IMG/VR virus record: IMGVR_UViG_3300043427_001127
Coordinates: 1-64,000 of that record
Source of the DNA: a virus
Strand: one strand, 5' to 3'
Length of the DNA: 64,000 nt
Below the pieces are notes generated by a model. It ran no database searches. It saw only the letters and a program-made list of their open reading frames with translations, and was not told the origin of the DNA. Position 1 is the stretch's first letter. The number at the start of each line of letters is the position of its first letter. The translations under genes were made by a program, and so were the position numbers. Shown here one piece after another: positions 26,866 to 37,400 of this stretch.

Positions 26866-29800
26866 AGAAGTCTTAAAAAACTATACGTTTGAGCAGCAAC
26901 GTCAAGTAATCAATGATATAGGTGGAGATATTGGTGATCTCAGTTTACTAACTACTGCTCAAACTGATATAGTATCGGCTATCAACGCCATTGGAAATTC
27001 TCTCGATCCTACATCGGGATTATTTTTGAATGGACCAACCGATCCAGAAAATACAACTGGAACTAATGGTGACTTTTATTTAAATATTGTAACTGAAGAA
27101 CTATTTGGTCCAAAAGAAAATAATGTTTGGCCAACAGAACCAATAAACTTTAAAGGTCTTTTATTCGGAGAAACAAATCCAACTCCTTCGGATGGTGTTC
27201 TGGGTAGTTTTTACATCAAAACAACTACACAGGATTTGTTTGGTCCTAAGACAGAAACTGGTTGGGATCTAGCTGCTATTTCATTATCACCCCAACTTCT
27301 TTCTGGATCAGGAGAACCAAGTTCTTCTTTAGGCAAAAACAACGACTATTATCTTGATTTAACTTCAAGAGATTTATACGGTCCAAAAACAGAAGGTGAT
27401 TGGGCAGAACCTATTTCATTGTCGGAACAGTTCTTATCTGGATCAGGAGCTCCTCTTAGCACTGTAGGAAAAATAAACGATTTCTATATCGATACTACAT
27501 CTAGAAATCTTTACGGACCAAAAACCTCTGGTGGGTGGGGCATTCCTATTCCCCTTAGTGAAGAAGAAGTTGGCACAGTTATTTTTGTAAACAGAAATGG
27601 TAGTGATGATAGAAATGGATTATCGGTAAGAAACTCAGTAAAAACTTTAAAAAAGGCATGTGAGATCGCTAGAAATACTAATGGTAACGTTACTATTAGA
27701 ATGTTCTCTGGAGAGTATTATGAAGATAATCCTATCTATGTTCCCAAAGGTACATCTATAGTTGGAGATAACCTAAGAGAAACTATTGTTAGACCTCTAA
27801 ATGATGGGGAAGATTTTCTTTGGGTAACGAGTGGATCTTATATCAACTACCTTGTTTTTAGAGATAACTATGGTGATGTTTCAAATCCATCAGACGCATC
27901 AAGAGGTGTTGGTGTTTTAAACACAGGAGCTGATAGAGAAATAAGTCCCACAGAAACAGTAATCAACTTATTTCCAGGTCACACACTTAAAAGAGTTGAT
28001 GGCATATTTAAAGATGGAGCAAATATTTTAACTTTCCGTCGTCAAGAAATCATTGATTATGCTTTCAATCAAATGGTTTTGGAATATCCAGATCTAGTTA
28101 TTCCAGATGGTATAGATCAAGGTGGAGACGCAACATGTAAAAGAGATATTGGTTATTTTATTGATGGATTGATCAACGATCTAAAATATGGTGGTAACAT
28201 GCATTCGATCGATGTTGGTCAGTCTTATTTCGATGCTTTAGGAAATTTAGATCACATTGTCGGTGAGTTTGAAGAAACTAAATATGCTTTCAATAGAGCT
28301 TCGTTTGCTGCCAAAGCATATGTTCAGGACGCCGCAACAGTTAATAATAATCCAGAGTTTGTGGAAGATTATGGTACTATTATTGAAGGAGATTGCTCCA
28401 ATGTTGTAACTAATATTGATAACTTAACTTCTATAGTCATATCTATTCTTGACGGAAATGATGCACCCAGAATCAATCCTGGTCCAGGATATGTTCTAGT
28501 GAATCAAGAATGGATGGAAGTTGACGATCTAGATGGAAATGTTCTTACCATCAAAACAAGAAACATAAACAACCCGATTACAGGCGAACAAGCACTTGTA
28601 GAACCTGCTAGACACATTAGTGGTTCTGTTATTACACAGGGCGCAAGAACATGGAGATATGCTGTAGCATATCCAGATCAAGATGGTATTGTTTGTAAAG
28701 GCAGAGTTTCTTTGCAAACCAGCACGCCTATTGTAACGGGAACTAATACTAAGTTCACCGAACAATGTTTTGCTGGCGGTTTCATTAGATTTGATGATCT
28801 AGATTCTAATCCATCAAATGATACTACATATAAAATTTTATCGGTAACGAATGACACTCAACTAGTATTGGTAACCACACCCACAGCAAACTTAAGTGCC
28901 AGAAAGTTTAGATTTATTCCACCAAAAGAAAGAATTTTCTTATCTCCATACACCCAAAACTGCTCTGCTATTTCTGTTTTAGGAGACAGTTATAGTGAAG
29001 TCATCAATGGCGTAGAAACTTATGATGCTAGCAAAACTAGAGCTGGCGGCATATTAGTCGATGGAGATCAACTAGAACCAAATACTCCCATCAAATCTAT
29101 GGTGTGTGATGCTTTCACACAAGTTGTTTCTGGTGGCATCGGTTTCCACTTAAAAAATGATGGATATGCACAGTTGGTTTCGGTGTTTGAAGTTTTTGAA
29201 GATGTTGGTGTACTTTGTGAAAGTGGAGCATACACATCTATCACAAACTCAGCAACTAACTTCGGTAATGAAGGTCTAAAAGCTATTGGATATAGTAACA
29301 ATCCATATCCATTCTTTATTGGTAACGTTTCTGAGATCAATAATCTTACCAAGACAAACTTTAACTCTGTTCCTTCTAATATTATTACATCAACTTTTGA
29401 AGAAGAAAACACAAAAGTTAGAATGTTTGTTAAAGTGTCTTCTGTAGATATTGGTAAGTTTGAGCCCAATCAATCATTAAACATTGATTCGCATATACTC
29501 CCCAATCCAGCAAGCAGTGCCGCTATAACATCACTGCAATCATATATCAATGGAACTACTCTAGAAGTTAACAGAATAGTATTATCTGATAATATTGTAG
29601 AAATATTATTAGACATTTCATGGAACTCTGCATATGAGACTTTAAATGGAAGTCAAACAGGGGAAGTAACAGTTACTGGCGGCGCAACTTACACAGAAAT
29701 AGAAATAACTGGATTTGACGCAAAAGCACTTCCAAACTATGTCATTAAGTTTCCTACCATAAATCTACCACCACACCCAAGTGGTGTCGAATATGTCGTA

Positions 29801-31939
29801 GATATTGTAAGTAGATTTGAGGAAGATACAGATATTACTGTTCTCACCACCCAACCTAAAATACCAGATTCTGATTTAGGTTTGATTGTAAGTAATACTG
29901 CTATTCAACTACGAGCTCCATCCACAGTAAACAGTTCGGGGCACACATTTGAATATGTTGGTGCTGGTATCAACTATACTGCTTTACCTCAAAACGGTGG
30001 CAGATCTAGAGCAGAGTTCCAATCGGTAGAATCTTCTAGTGGAAAATCGTATGTAAGTGCCACTGATCAAGATGGTAACTTCTTTGTTGGACCTTTCTTC
30101 CGAGTAGATTTAAGAACTGGTAAAGCTACTTTTAGCGGAGCAGTTGCTCTTGGCGTTCTTGATGAACTACAGTTAAAAGCATCCCCAGGTGTTCCAATCT
30201 ATGAGTTCTCTACAGATGACACTTTAGGTGGTGGAACTGGTTCAAAAAATACTGCTCTACCAACACAGAAAGCAGTAAGAGATTACATCAACAAACCTTC
30301 GGTATTAGGAAATCTTATTGGATTAAATAAAACAACCAGTCGTGCTCCTGGTCAACTTGTTCTCCTGGATAGCAACGGAAGAATCAACTCAGAGTTGTTA
30401 CCACCTGCAAATCCAGTAAACGTTTTTACAGTAGCAAACGAAGCAGAAAGACTAGCATTAACAATCGCAATACCTGGAGATGTTGCATATCAGACCGACA
30501 CAGAAATAGCTTATATTCTTCTTGATGAACCAGCAAACAATCCAGATAACTGGAATGTATTCAGTGGTACTAACATTAATGCCAACAATATTGTTTCTGG
30601 CATTATTTCTCCAGCAAGACTTGGAACTGGCATTGCAAACGAGTCGGTATTTTTATCTGGTATCAGTAAGTATTCTCCAGTAACACAGGGTCTTATTCCA
30701 TCAACTAACTCCCCAGTTCTTATAAGTGGAAACAGATTAAATGTTTTAAAAACAGGAAGTACAAAAAATGTCAGTTCCGCTACGTGGAATGGCACCACAT
30801 TAAAAGCAACAGTAACTACAACCACTGCACATGGATTGACAAATAATCAATGGGTGGAAGTGGAAGCTATCTTCCCATATGGTTATAATGGATTTTTCCA
30901 AGTTACTGTAACAACACCAACTTCATTTACATATGATTTAGCATCAGATCCAGGAGAATATGTCTCAGAAGGATTTGTGACATCTGGCGTTAGATATGAT
31001 GCTGGTTTTACAGAACTTGATGTAAGAAGATCTAGTTTCTTTAGTGGGCAGACATCTGGAAGCAGTGATGTAGGTGTAGTTAAATATGATTGGAGGACGT
31101 TTGAGATTGATCCTGCATCAGTCTTAGCACTACGAGAAAAAGGTGTCACTCTAGGAAAACTAGAAAATATTAAGAGAAGAACATTACTTGGAAATAATGA
31201 GTTCCCAACTTTATCAAACGACGAAGGAAACGTTCTTGAACTAGGATTAGGTGAAGATGTAGAACAAGTTACAGTTTTTAATGTATCCTTATTAAACGGT
31301 CAGTATAGAATAGTTGATAGAATCATTGATAAAGATCTAGGAACGTTACCGACCTTACAGTTAGTTCCTGGAAAATCTTATAAGTTAAATCTGTCTGTTG
31401 CAGGTGAACCATTCTTTATTACAACCGAACCCAAAGATATTTTAGAACCCCTAGAAACTGCACCATCATCAAACTACACAGATGGGGTAAGAGTAACTAA
31501 CAGGGAATCTGGTATTTTATATTTTACTGTTCCGTTTGATGCTCCAAGCATTCTATATTATCAGTCTGGAAATACTGCAGATAACTACGGTATTATTGTT
31601 GTTAGTTCATACGAAGAGCCTGGACTTTCTTTTGTTTCTTCTTTTGCTCCATATGCTATTGATTCTTTTGAAAAGAATAAAACTAATACCTGCAAATATT
31701 TGATTCAAGTTACAGAAAATGAAGGCACTACTATTAGAGTGCATTCAACAGAAATCATGTTAGTTCATGATAATATTGATGTTCTTTTAACTGAGTATGC
31801 AACTCTAGTTAGTGATGTTTATCTTGGTTCTTTCAGTGCCGAAATAAATAATAATGATGTTAGATTATTGTTCACTGCAAATAATCTACTATCAAATCCA
31901 AACCTCAAGATTAAAGTTATAAAAACACAAATGTTTTGA
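26855..31939 (+). CDS. Tail fibre/tailspike-like structural protein (1694 aa)
   Basis: N-terminal TFEQQR motif; four G..GDFY...LYGPK...W repeats; beta-helix-type entry (VIFVNRNGSD...SGEYYED.PI.VP..SIVGDNLR); C-terminal KYLIQV...EIMLVHD..EYA module. Confidence 0.75.
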   Translation: MALREVLKNYTFEQQRQVINDIGGDIGDLSLLTTAQTDIVSAINAIGNSLDPTSGLFLNGPTDPENTTGTNGDFYLNIVTEELFGPKENNVWPTEPINFKGLLFGETNPTPSDGVLGSFYIKTTTQDLFGPKTETGWDLAAISLSPQLLSGSGEPSSSLGKNNDYYLDLTSRDLYGPKTEGDWAEPISLSEQFLSGSGAPLSTVGKINDFYIDTTSRNLYGPKTSGGWGIPIPLSEEEVGTVIFVNRNGSDDRNGLSVRNSVKTLKKACEIARNTNGNVTIRMFSGEYYEDNPIYVPKGTSIVGDNLRETIVRPLNDGEDFLWVTSGSYINYLVFRDNYGDVSNPSDASRGVGVLNTGADREISPTETVINLFPGHTLKRVDGIFKDGANILTFRRQEIIDYAFNQMVLEYPDLVIPDGIDQGGDATCKRDIGYFIDGLINDLKYGGNMHSIDVGQSYFDALGNLDHIVGEFEETKYAFNRASFAAKAYVQDAATVNNNPEFVEDYGTIIEGDCSNVVTNIDNLTSIVISILDGNDAPRINPGPGYVLVNQEWMEVDDLDGNVLTIKTRNINNPITGEQALVEPARHISGSVITQGARTWRYAVAYPDQDGIVCKGRVSLQTSTPIVTGTNTKFTEQCFAGGFIRFDDLDSNPSNDTTYKILSVTNDTQLVLVTTPTANLSARKFRFIPPKERIFLSPYTQNCSAISVLGDSYSEVINGVETYDASKTRAGGILVDGDQLEPNTPIKSMVCDAFTQVVSGGIGFHLKNDGYAQLVSVFEVFEDVGVLCESGAYTSITNSATNFGNEGLKAIGYSNNPYPFFIGNVSEINNLTKTNFNSVPSNIITSTFEEENTKVRMFVKVSSVDIGKFEPNQSLNIDSHILPNPASSAAITSLQSYINGTTLEVNRIVLSDNIVEILLDISWNSAYETLNGSQTGEVTVTGGATYTEIEITGFDAKALPNYVIKFPTINLPPHPSGVEYVVDIVSRFEEDTDITVLTTQPKIPDSDLGLIVSNTAIQLRAPSTVNSSGHTFEYVGAGINYTALPQNGGRSRAEFQSVESSSGKSYVSATDQDGNFFVGPFFRVDLRTGKATFSGAVALGVLDELQLKASPGVPIYEFSTDDTLGGGTGSKNTALPTQKAVRDYINKPSVLGNLIGLNKTTSRAPGQLVLLDSNGRINSELLPPANPVNVFTVANEAERLALTIAIPGDVAYQTDTEIAYILLDEPANNPDNWNVFSGTNINANNIVSGIISPARLGTGIANESVFLSGISKYSPVTQGLIPSTNSPVLISGNRLNVLKTGSTKNVSSATWNGTTLKATVTTTTAHGLTNNQWVEVEAIFPYGYNGFFQVTVTTPTSFTYDLASDPGEYVSEGFVTSGVRYDAGFTELDVRRSSFFSGQTSGSSDVGVVKYDWRTFEIDPASVLALREKGVTLGKLENIKRRTLLGNNEFPTLSNDEGNVLELGLGEDVEQVTVFNVSLLNGQYRIVDRIIDKDLGTLPTLQLVPGKSYKLNLSVAGEPFFITTEPKDILEPLETAPSSNYTDGVRVTNRESGILYFTVPFDAPSILYYQSGNTADNYGIIVVSSYEEPGLSFVSSFAPYAIDSFEKNKTNTCKYLIQVTENEGTTIRVHSTEIMLVHDNIDVLLTEYATLVSDVYLGSFSAEINNNDVRLLFTANNLLSNPNLKIKVIKTQMF

Positions 31940-31947
31940 TTAGATTT

Positions 31948-32142
31948 ATGGAAAACGTTATTATTAGTACAAAACAAAACTTTGAAAATCAGATTAAAGA
32001 AGTTGACGAAAAAATTGAAACTCTTCAATCTGATTTAGAAAAACTCAAAGAGTATAAACTCAAACTGCAAGGCGGATTGGAAACCTTAGAGATTATTATT
32101 AAAGAAACCACAAATACAGAGGAAACAACCTCAGAGGATTAA
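31948..32142 (+). CDS. Small coiled-coil protein
   Basis: ATG 31948 in ORF 31936..32142; EYKLKLQGGLETLE. Confidence 0.75.
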   Translation: MENVIISTKQNFENQIKEVDEKIETLQSDLEKLKEYKLKLQGGLETLEIIIKETTNTEETTSED

Positions 32143-32477
32143 TGTCTGCATATTCTATTAATCTACCCGTAGAAAAAAACGCAAACTTCGACACCACATT
32201 AACTATTGCCGATGAAGACAATGGATTGCCTTTAAATCTTACTGGATTTACTGCGGAGGCAAAGATGAAACGTTCTTTTGCGTCCACCACATCTCATGCC
32301 ATGAGTGTAGAGTTTGTTGATAGATTATCTGGTGTTATTAGATTATCTTTGACCCCGCAACAGTCATCAGTCCTGACCGCAAAAAGATATGTTTATGATG
32401 TTGTAATAACTTCTCCTTCTGGAGTTAAAACTAGAGTTGTTGAAGGCATTGTAGAAGTTTCTCCAGGAGTAACCTAA
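32142..32477 (+). CDS. Virion structural adaptor (BppU N-terminal-like Ig fold)
   Basis: PLNLTGFTAEAKMKR...G.IRLSLT..Q...L...RYVYDV......RVVEGIVEVSPGVT. Confidence 0.75.
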   Translation: MSAYSINLPVEKNANFDTTLTIADEDNGLPLNLTGFTAEAKMKRSFASTTSHAMSVEFVDRLSGVIRLSLTPQQSSVLTAKRYVYDVVITSPSGVKTRVVEGIVEVSPGVT

Positions 32478-33169
32478 TGGCAGACTATAGAGTTACGGTA
32501 GGGGGAAGAAAACAATATAAGGTAGGAATCAGTTATCAGATTCCTTCTAAATCATTACAATATCTAAATGAGATACTAGACGATTTTAGTGGAGAGTTTG
32601 ATGATAACAATACCTCCTTCTTATTAAAGTTAGAAGGCGAACCCTACTACCCTATAAATGAACAACAAATTTTAGTATCATTGAATAATATTATTTTAGA
32701 ACCAAAAGTTGATTATCAAATCACTGGAAATACTATTGTCTTTACTACACCACCACCACAAGGTTCCGAGTTTTTCTGTGTTGCTATGGCAACTACAGCA
32801 GATTTAACCAGAACTATTAACTTTATTATCGAAGCTGGTTCTGGTGATATGACTCCTGGAATAAAAGGTCAAGTTACATTAGATATTACTGGTACTATAG
32901 ATTCTTGGACAGTCATTGCCGACCAACCTGGATATGCTTTATTGGACATAAAAAAATGTTCATATCAAAACTATCCGTTAATGACATCCATAACAGGTAC
33001 AGAAAAACCATACATAGGAAGTCCTAATAATCCAACAGAAACAAAGAGAAAAGACGAAGATTTATCTACCTGGGACCGCTTATTAAATGCTGGAGATATT
33101 TTACAATATGAGATTGTTGCTGCTTCAAATGTTAAACGATTATTAGTTGCATTAAAGGTTCATTTGTGA
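32477..33169 (+). CDS. Virion structural protein
   Basis: LDD..FD....F.L...LVSLN....EP..DY...G..I.F..PP module, also present in gp7, plus a C-terminal beta domain. Confidence 0.75.
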   Translation: MADYRVTVGGRKQYKVGISYQIPSKSLQYLNEILDDFSGEFDDNNTSFLLKLEGEPYYPINEQQILVSLNNIILEPKVDYQITGNTIVFTTPPPQGSEFFCVAMATTADLTRTINFIIEAGSGDMTPGIKGQVTLDITGTIDSWTVIADQPGYALLDIKKCSYQNYPLMTSITGTEKPYIGSPNNPTETKRKDEDLSTWDRLLNAGDILQYEIVAASNVKRLLVALKVHL

Positions 33170-33198
33170 TAAATACATGTATGCAACTTTGCTATTCT

Positions 33199-33231
33199 TA
33201 TAAATAAAAGAAAAAGAGAAATCCCTGGAGG
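33199..33231 (+). promoter_or_regulatory. Late promoter TATAAATA and strong RBS GGAGG
   Basis: TATAAATA 33199-33206; second ATAAATA 33169-33175; GGAGG 33227-33231. Confidence 0.85.
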
Positions 33232-33239
33232 AAATTTAA

Positions 33240-34319
33240 ATGGCACTTCTAGTTCCAAATATTGGTGAATTAGACTCACTACGTTATCTCATCAACCAAA
33301 GCAATCACGTTGCTGATAGAGAAGATACCGCACCTAGAGATCTTGTTTTAAAACTATTTTCATCGGACACAACTCCTGCTGAGAATGATGTACCTTCTCA
33401 GTCTGCCTATTACGAGCCTTATCAGAATGATGGCAGCTTTGGTTACGGTTCAGCTATTGAGACTGGTTACCCAACTTGCGTCAACAACCGCACAGAAGCT
33501 CGTTACGATTACGATTCGCAGTATGGTATTCTTCTAAACGGTTCACGTTGGGGAATCACCCAATCAGGCGGAACTACAACTGCTACCTATCCCGAGCAAA
33601 CCTTTACTTTCACTGGTGCTGCTGGTAACGTTTATGGTTACTACATCACCCGCGCCAACAACATGCCACTAGCACTTCAAGGTGTTCTTGATGCTGCTAC
33701 TGCTTCAGCTGGCACTACAATCACTAAGGGTGAAGCAGGTGCTGCTGGCACTAAGGATTGTATCGGTCTGATCAACACCAACTTCATCACCGTTCCTACC
33801 ACTGCTAACAGTGCTTCATTCGGTGGTGTAGATGACCTAACTATCGGCATGATTGCTGGTGGTAACGCTGCTATCCCAGCAAACACTAAGGTTATCGGTA
33901 TTGAGAGAACCACTACAACTGATTCTCCTTACAACGGTCACAGAGTATACCTAAGCGCAAACCTAACCGCTAACATTCAGGACGCTACCGATCCTACTGT
34001 TGAGTTTTCATTCGGTAAGGTTGTAACTGATGTTGCACACCAACTACAGCCTGGTGACGTAATCTATATTGCTGGTGGTACTTCAACTACTGGCGGTACT
34101 GTTGCTGCTAACACATATACTGTTTACAAAGTAAACTCAACAACTGAGTTCACAACTACACCAGCACTTCTAACCTCGGGTGGCACTGCTTTCACTGGCA
34201 ACAGTGACGTAACTCTCTACAGCGCAATCATGTACGCTGAGAGATTCACAAACGGTCCTTACGAGATTCAGAACAACGGTGACCAGATTAAGATCACCCT
34301 CAACATCAGCCTCGACTGA
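33240..34319 (+). CDS. Highly expressed structural protein, putative major fibre/appendage subunit (359 aa)
   Basis: Own promoter, RBS and terminator; strong TAC/AAC/TTC/ATC/GGT codon bias; LVLKLF..DTTP...YPEQTFTF...YGYYI...AERF...GDQIKITLNISLD core. Confidence 0.7.
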   Translation: MALLVPNIGELDSLRYLINQSNHVADREDTAPRDLVLKLFSSDTTPAENDVPSQSAYYEPYQNDGSFGYGSAIETGYPTCVNNRTEARYDYDSQYGILLNGSRWGITQSGGTTTATYPEQTFTFTGAAGNVYGYYITRANNMPLALQGVLDAATASAGTTITKGEAGAAGTKDCIGLINTNFITVPTTANSASFGGVDDLTIGMIAGGNAAIPANTKVIGIERTTTTDSPYNGHRVYLSANLTANIQDATDPTVEFSFGKVVTDVAHQLQPGDVIYIAGGTSTTGGTVAANTYTVYKVNSTTEFTTTPALLTSGGTAFTGNSDVTLYSAIMYAERFTNGPYEIQNNGDQIKITLNISLD

Positions 34320-34354
34320 TATCTCCTAGAAAAGAATACTTTTCTATATTATTT

Positions 34355-34385
34355 GGGGATTGCTGCCTTGGCAATCCCCTTTTTT
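34355..34385 (+). terminator. Rho-independent terminator
   Basis: GGGGATTGC-tgccttg-GCAATCCCC-TTTTTT; preceded by a second hairpin TAGAAAAG-aata-CTTTTCTA (34327-34346). Confidence 0.9.
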
Positions 34386-34408
34386 ACTAAAAGAGGGCTT
34401 GGTAATAC

Positions 34409-37400
34409 ATGGCGTCATACGTTTACGATAGTAACGACAGTTATCCTTTTTCCTCAGTAGATAATGGGTTTGTCTACGTCAGACCCGCGACATCTACTGA
34501 GGATTTTGGTGCTATTAACGTATCTGCCACTTCACAAGAATCATATGCAGAAATAACAGTAAAGCAAAACAACGATACTGCGTTTGGTTTTGCTACTGTA
34601 AATGGTACTGCAAAGTACTATAAACCTAAAAAATATTCTTACTCATCATCTTCTGATAATCTCTTCGCTGAAGAAGATAATGGGTTAATAACTAATGCAA
34701 AGACTTCAACGGATGATTACGGTACTCTAACAGCTGAAGATGGCATAAGCGTTAGAGAAGACAGGTATCGTATTGATGTAAGTCAAACCATCTTGGCAAT
34801 GGAGCCAGGATACACATATTCATCAGCATCTGCTCTAGTAGCGTTTGTAGAAAAAACAGATGCTTCTACTTTGTTATTATCAATCTATGGCGGTTCTTCG
34901 TTAACTGGAGTTACTGCTGCTATTTCTAAAGTTGCTATTGCTTGGGTTGGTAATGGAACTCCATTTGAGATTGGTGGGTCTGCTAATGAGATTGTAAAAG
35001 CATTCTCAACAGTCGGAACTTCTGGTCCGCTCCGATTGGATGTCGCCTCAACAGAGGCGCATATCAGAAGCTATGACTTTGAAAATGTACTGCCATTCAA
35101 CATAGTTGATTATGGTTCTCTTGGTTTAGTATCAAACCCTGATATTGATTTTGGGTTTGTGTCTCAACCAAATGCTGGGGGGGAAAAGGATTACGGGCTG
35201 ATCGTAAATGATTCTGAAGAAACGCCATTTGGTCTCTACGAAACAAATGGTATAGGTTTAGAATCTTTCAGCAAGCAAACACCAGCAGAAACAGTACCAT
35301 TTACATTAAGTGGCGAAGTTGTTCTACCTCTTGCTGTAAGCATCAAAGGTGTTGGATCTGTAAACCTCAGTGGTGCAGCAGTTGAGAAGAATACCGAAGA
35401 TTATGTAGGAACAGGTAACCTATTCAATACCTCTGGTGCTGCCGAAGTATTTGGCGCAAACCCACCAGAAGACTTCTCGCTATTTGATATTACTGGTAGT
35501 GCAGCAGAAAAGAATACTGAAAGATATATTGGAAATAGTATCGTTTCTATTACATTATCGACTTCTTCTAATAAAATAAACACTAATAGTTTTATTGGTG
35601 TATCTATATCAGGTTCTGGTACTGGTGTAGGCGCTAACGGTGGATTTAATATTGGCAGTCACTTTAAATTTGATGGAGTTGGTGCGAGAAGATTAGATTT
35701 ACAACCTTTGAATGTTGGATCATATAACACTATCCAGTTCACTGCCATTCGTGGAAATGACAATAACGGGGGAGAAGATCCCGATACATCCACAGAAAGT
35801 TTAGTTCTTCAGTATAGTATTAATAATGGTAATACATTTACAAATGTTGGAAATATTGTTACATATAACGATGCGTCATTCAACAACTTAAAAAGTGTAT
35901 CTTTAGTAATACCAAATGATGCCAAAACATCTTCAACAATTTTTAGGATTTCTCAGTCTTCTTCTAGTGGTACTGGATTTGATAACTACGGCATAACCGA
36001 AATATCATTATTATCATCTCCACCAACAAGTATAGTATTCTCCAATGGATATACTAACCTGAAGTTCACCAGTGGTGCTGGAGAAACCACGCAACTCTTC
36101 GCTCTAAGCGGTTCTGGGGTGGAGAAGAACACCGAAGACTATGTAGGTACTGGAAGCACCTCAATCAGCGTTGTGAGCGTTGAGAAGAACACTGAGACGT
36201 ATGTAGCAGAACTAGCAGGAAATGTCACAGATCTATTCGCTTCCTACGGCGATCTGACGGCAGTAACAGAGTCTGAAGATTATGGTCTCATCACGCAGTC
36301 TGCAACTAATGTAGATTATCGCTATCTCTCTAGTGATTACTATGATATTAACGGTGCTGCCGTTGAGAAGTTTATTGCACAAACACCAGAAAATACCCAG
36401 CTCTTTACATTCTCTGGTGCTGGCGTAGAGAAGTTCACAAGTCAAGGTGGAGAGACAACTCAACTATTCCAGTTCACTGGAGCAGCGATAGAGAAGAATA
36501 CTGAAGACTATGTTGCTTCTGGTACATTCTCTACATTCTCTGGTGCTGCAGAGTCTGTAACTTACCGCTACAGCTTTGATTCGTTCATCCCATTCACCGA
36601 GTTTGACTACGGCAGTGTTACTCAATCACCAACAAACGACATTGATCTTGGTAGTGTCAGTGCTCCTAATACAGGTGGCGAAAAAGATTATGGTTCAATC
36701 ACATTTATTAATGAAGTAGTCCCTTATGGATTGTGGACTACATCTGGATTTGCTATTGAACTGTTTAGCAAGAATATTGTTGACAATGGCGGTACAATCA
36801 CCCTCAGTGGCGAAGTTGTTCTACCTCTCGCAGTAAGTATTATCGGTGTTGGATCTGTAAATCTCACTGGATCTGCTGTAGAGAAGAATACAGAATCTTA
36901 TGTAGGTATTGGTAATCTCTTTAACACTTCTGGTGCAGCTGAAGCATTTGGTGCTAATCCGTCCGAAGACTTCTCGCTATATGACATTAGCGGAACAGCA
37001 ACAGAGAAGTTCAGAGCAAATCCACCAGAAGACTTTGCTCAGTTTACTCTTTCTGGTGCGTACAGCAACCTCAAGTTCACCACTCAAGGTGGGGAAACAA
37101 CTCAACTCTTTAGTATTTCTGGTGCAGCTGTAGAGAAGAACAGAGAGTCTTATGTTGGTACTGGTAGCACTTCTATTGATGTTACTAAGGTTGAGAAGAA
37201 CACTGAGTCTTACACAGTTGCTCAAGCATCTATTCATGTTCTCTCTGATTATGGTGATCTCAGAGAGTCTGCTGGATCTACAGAAGACTTTGGATTAATC
37301 ACATCTGCTGCTACTGAGTTTGAGACTGCTGGTAGCGTAGTAAGAGATTACCTCAAGCTATTTGGTTATGCGGTAGAAAAACTTGTTGCTCAGACACCAG

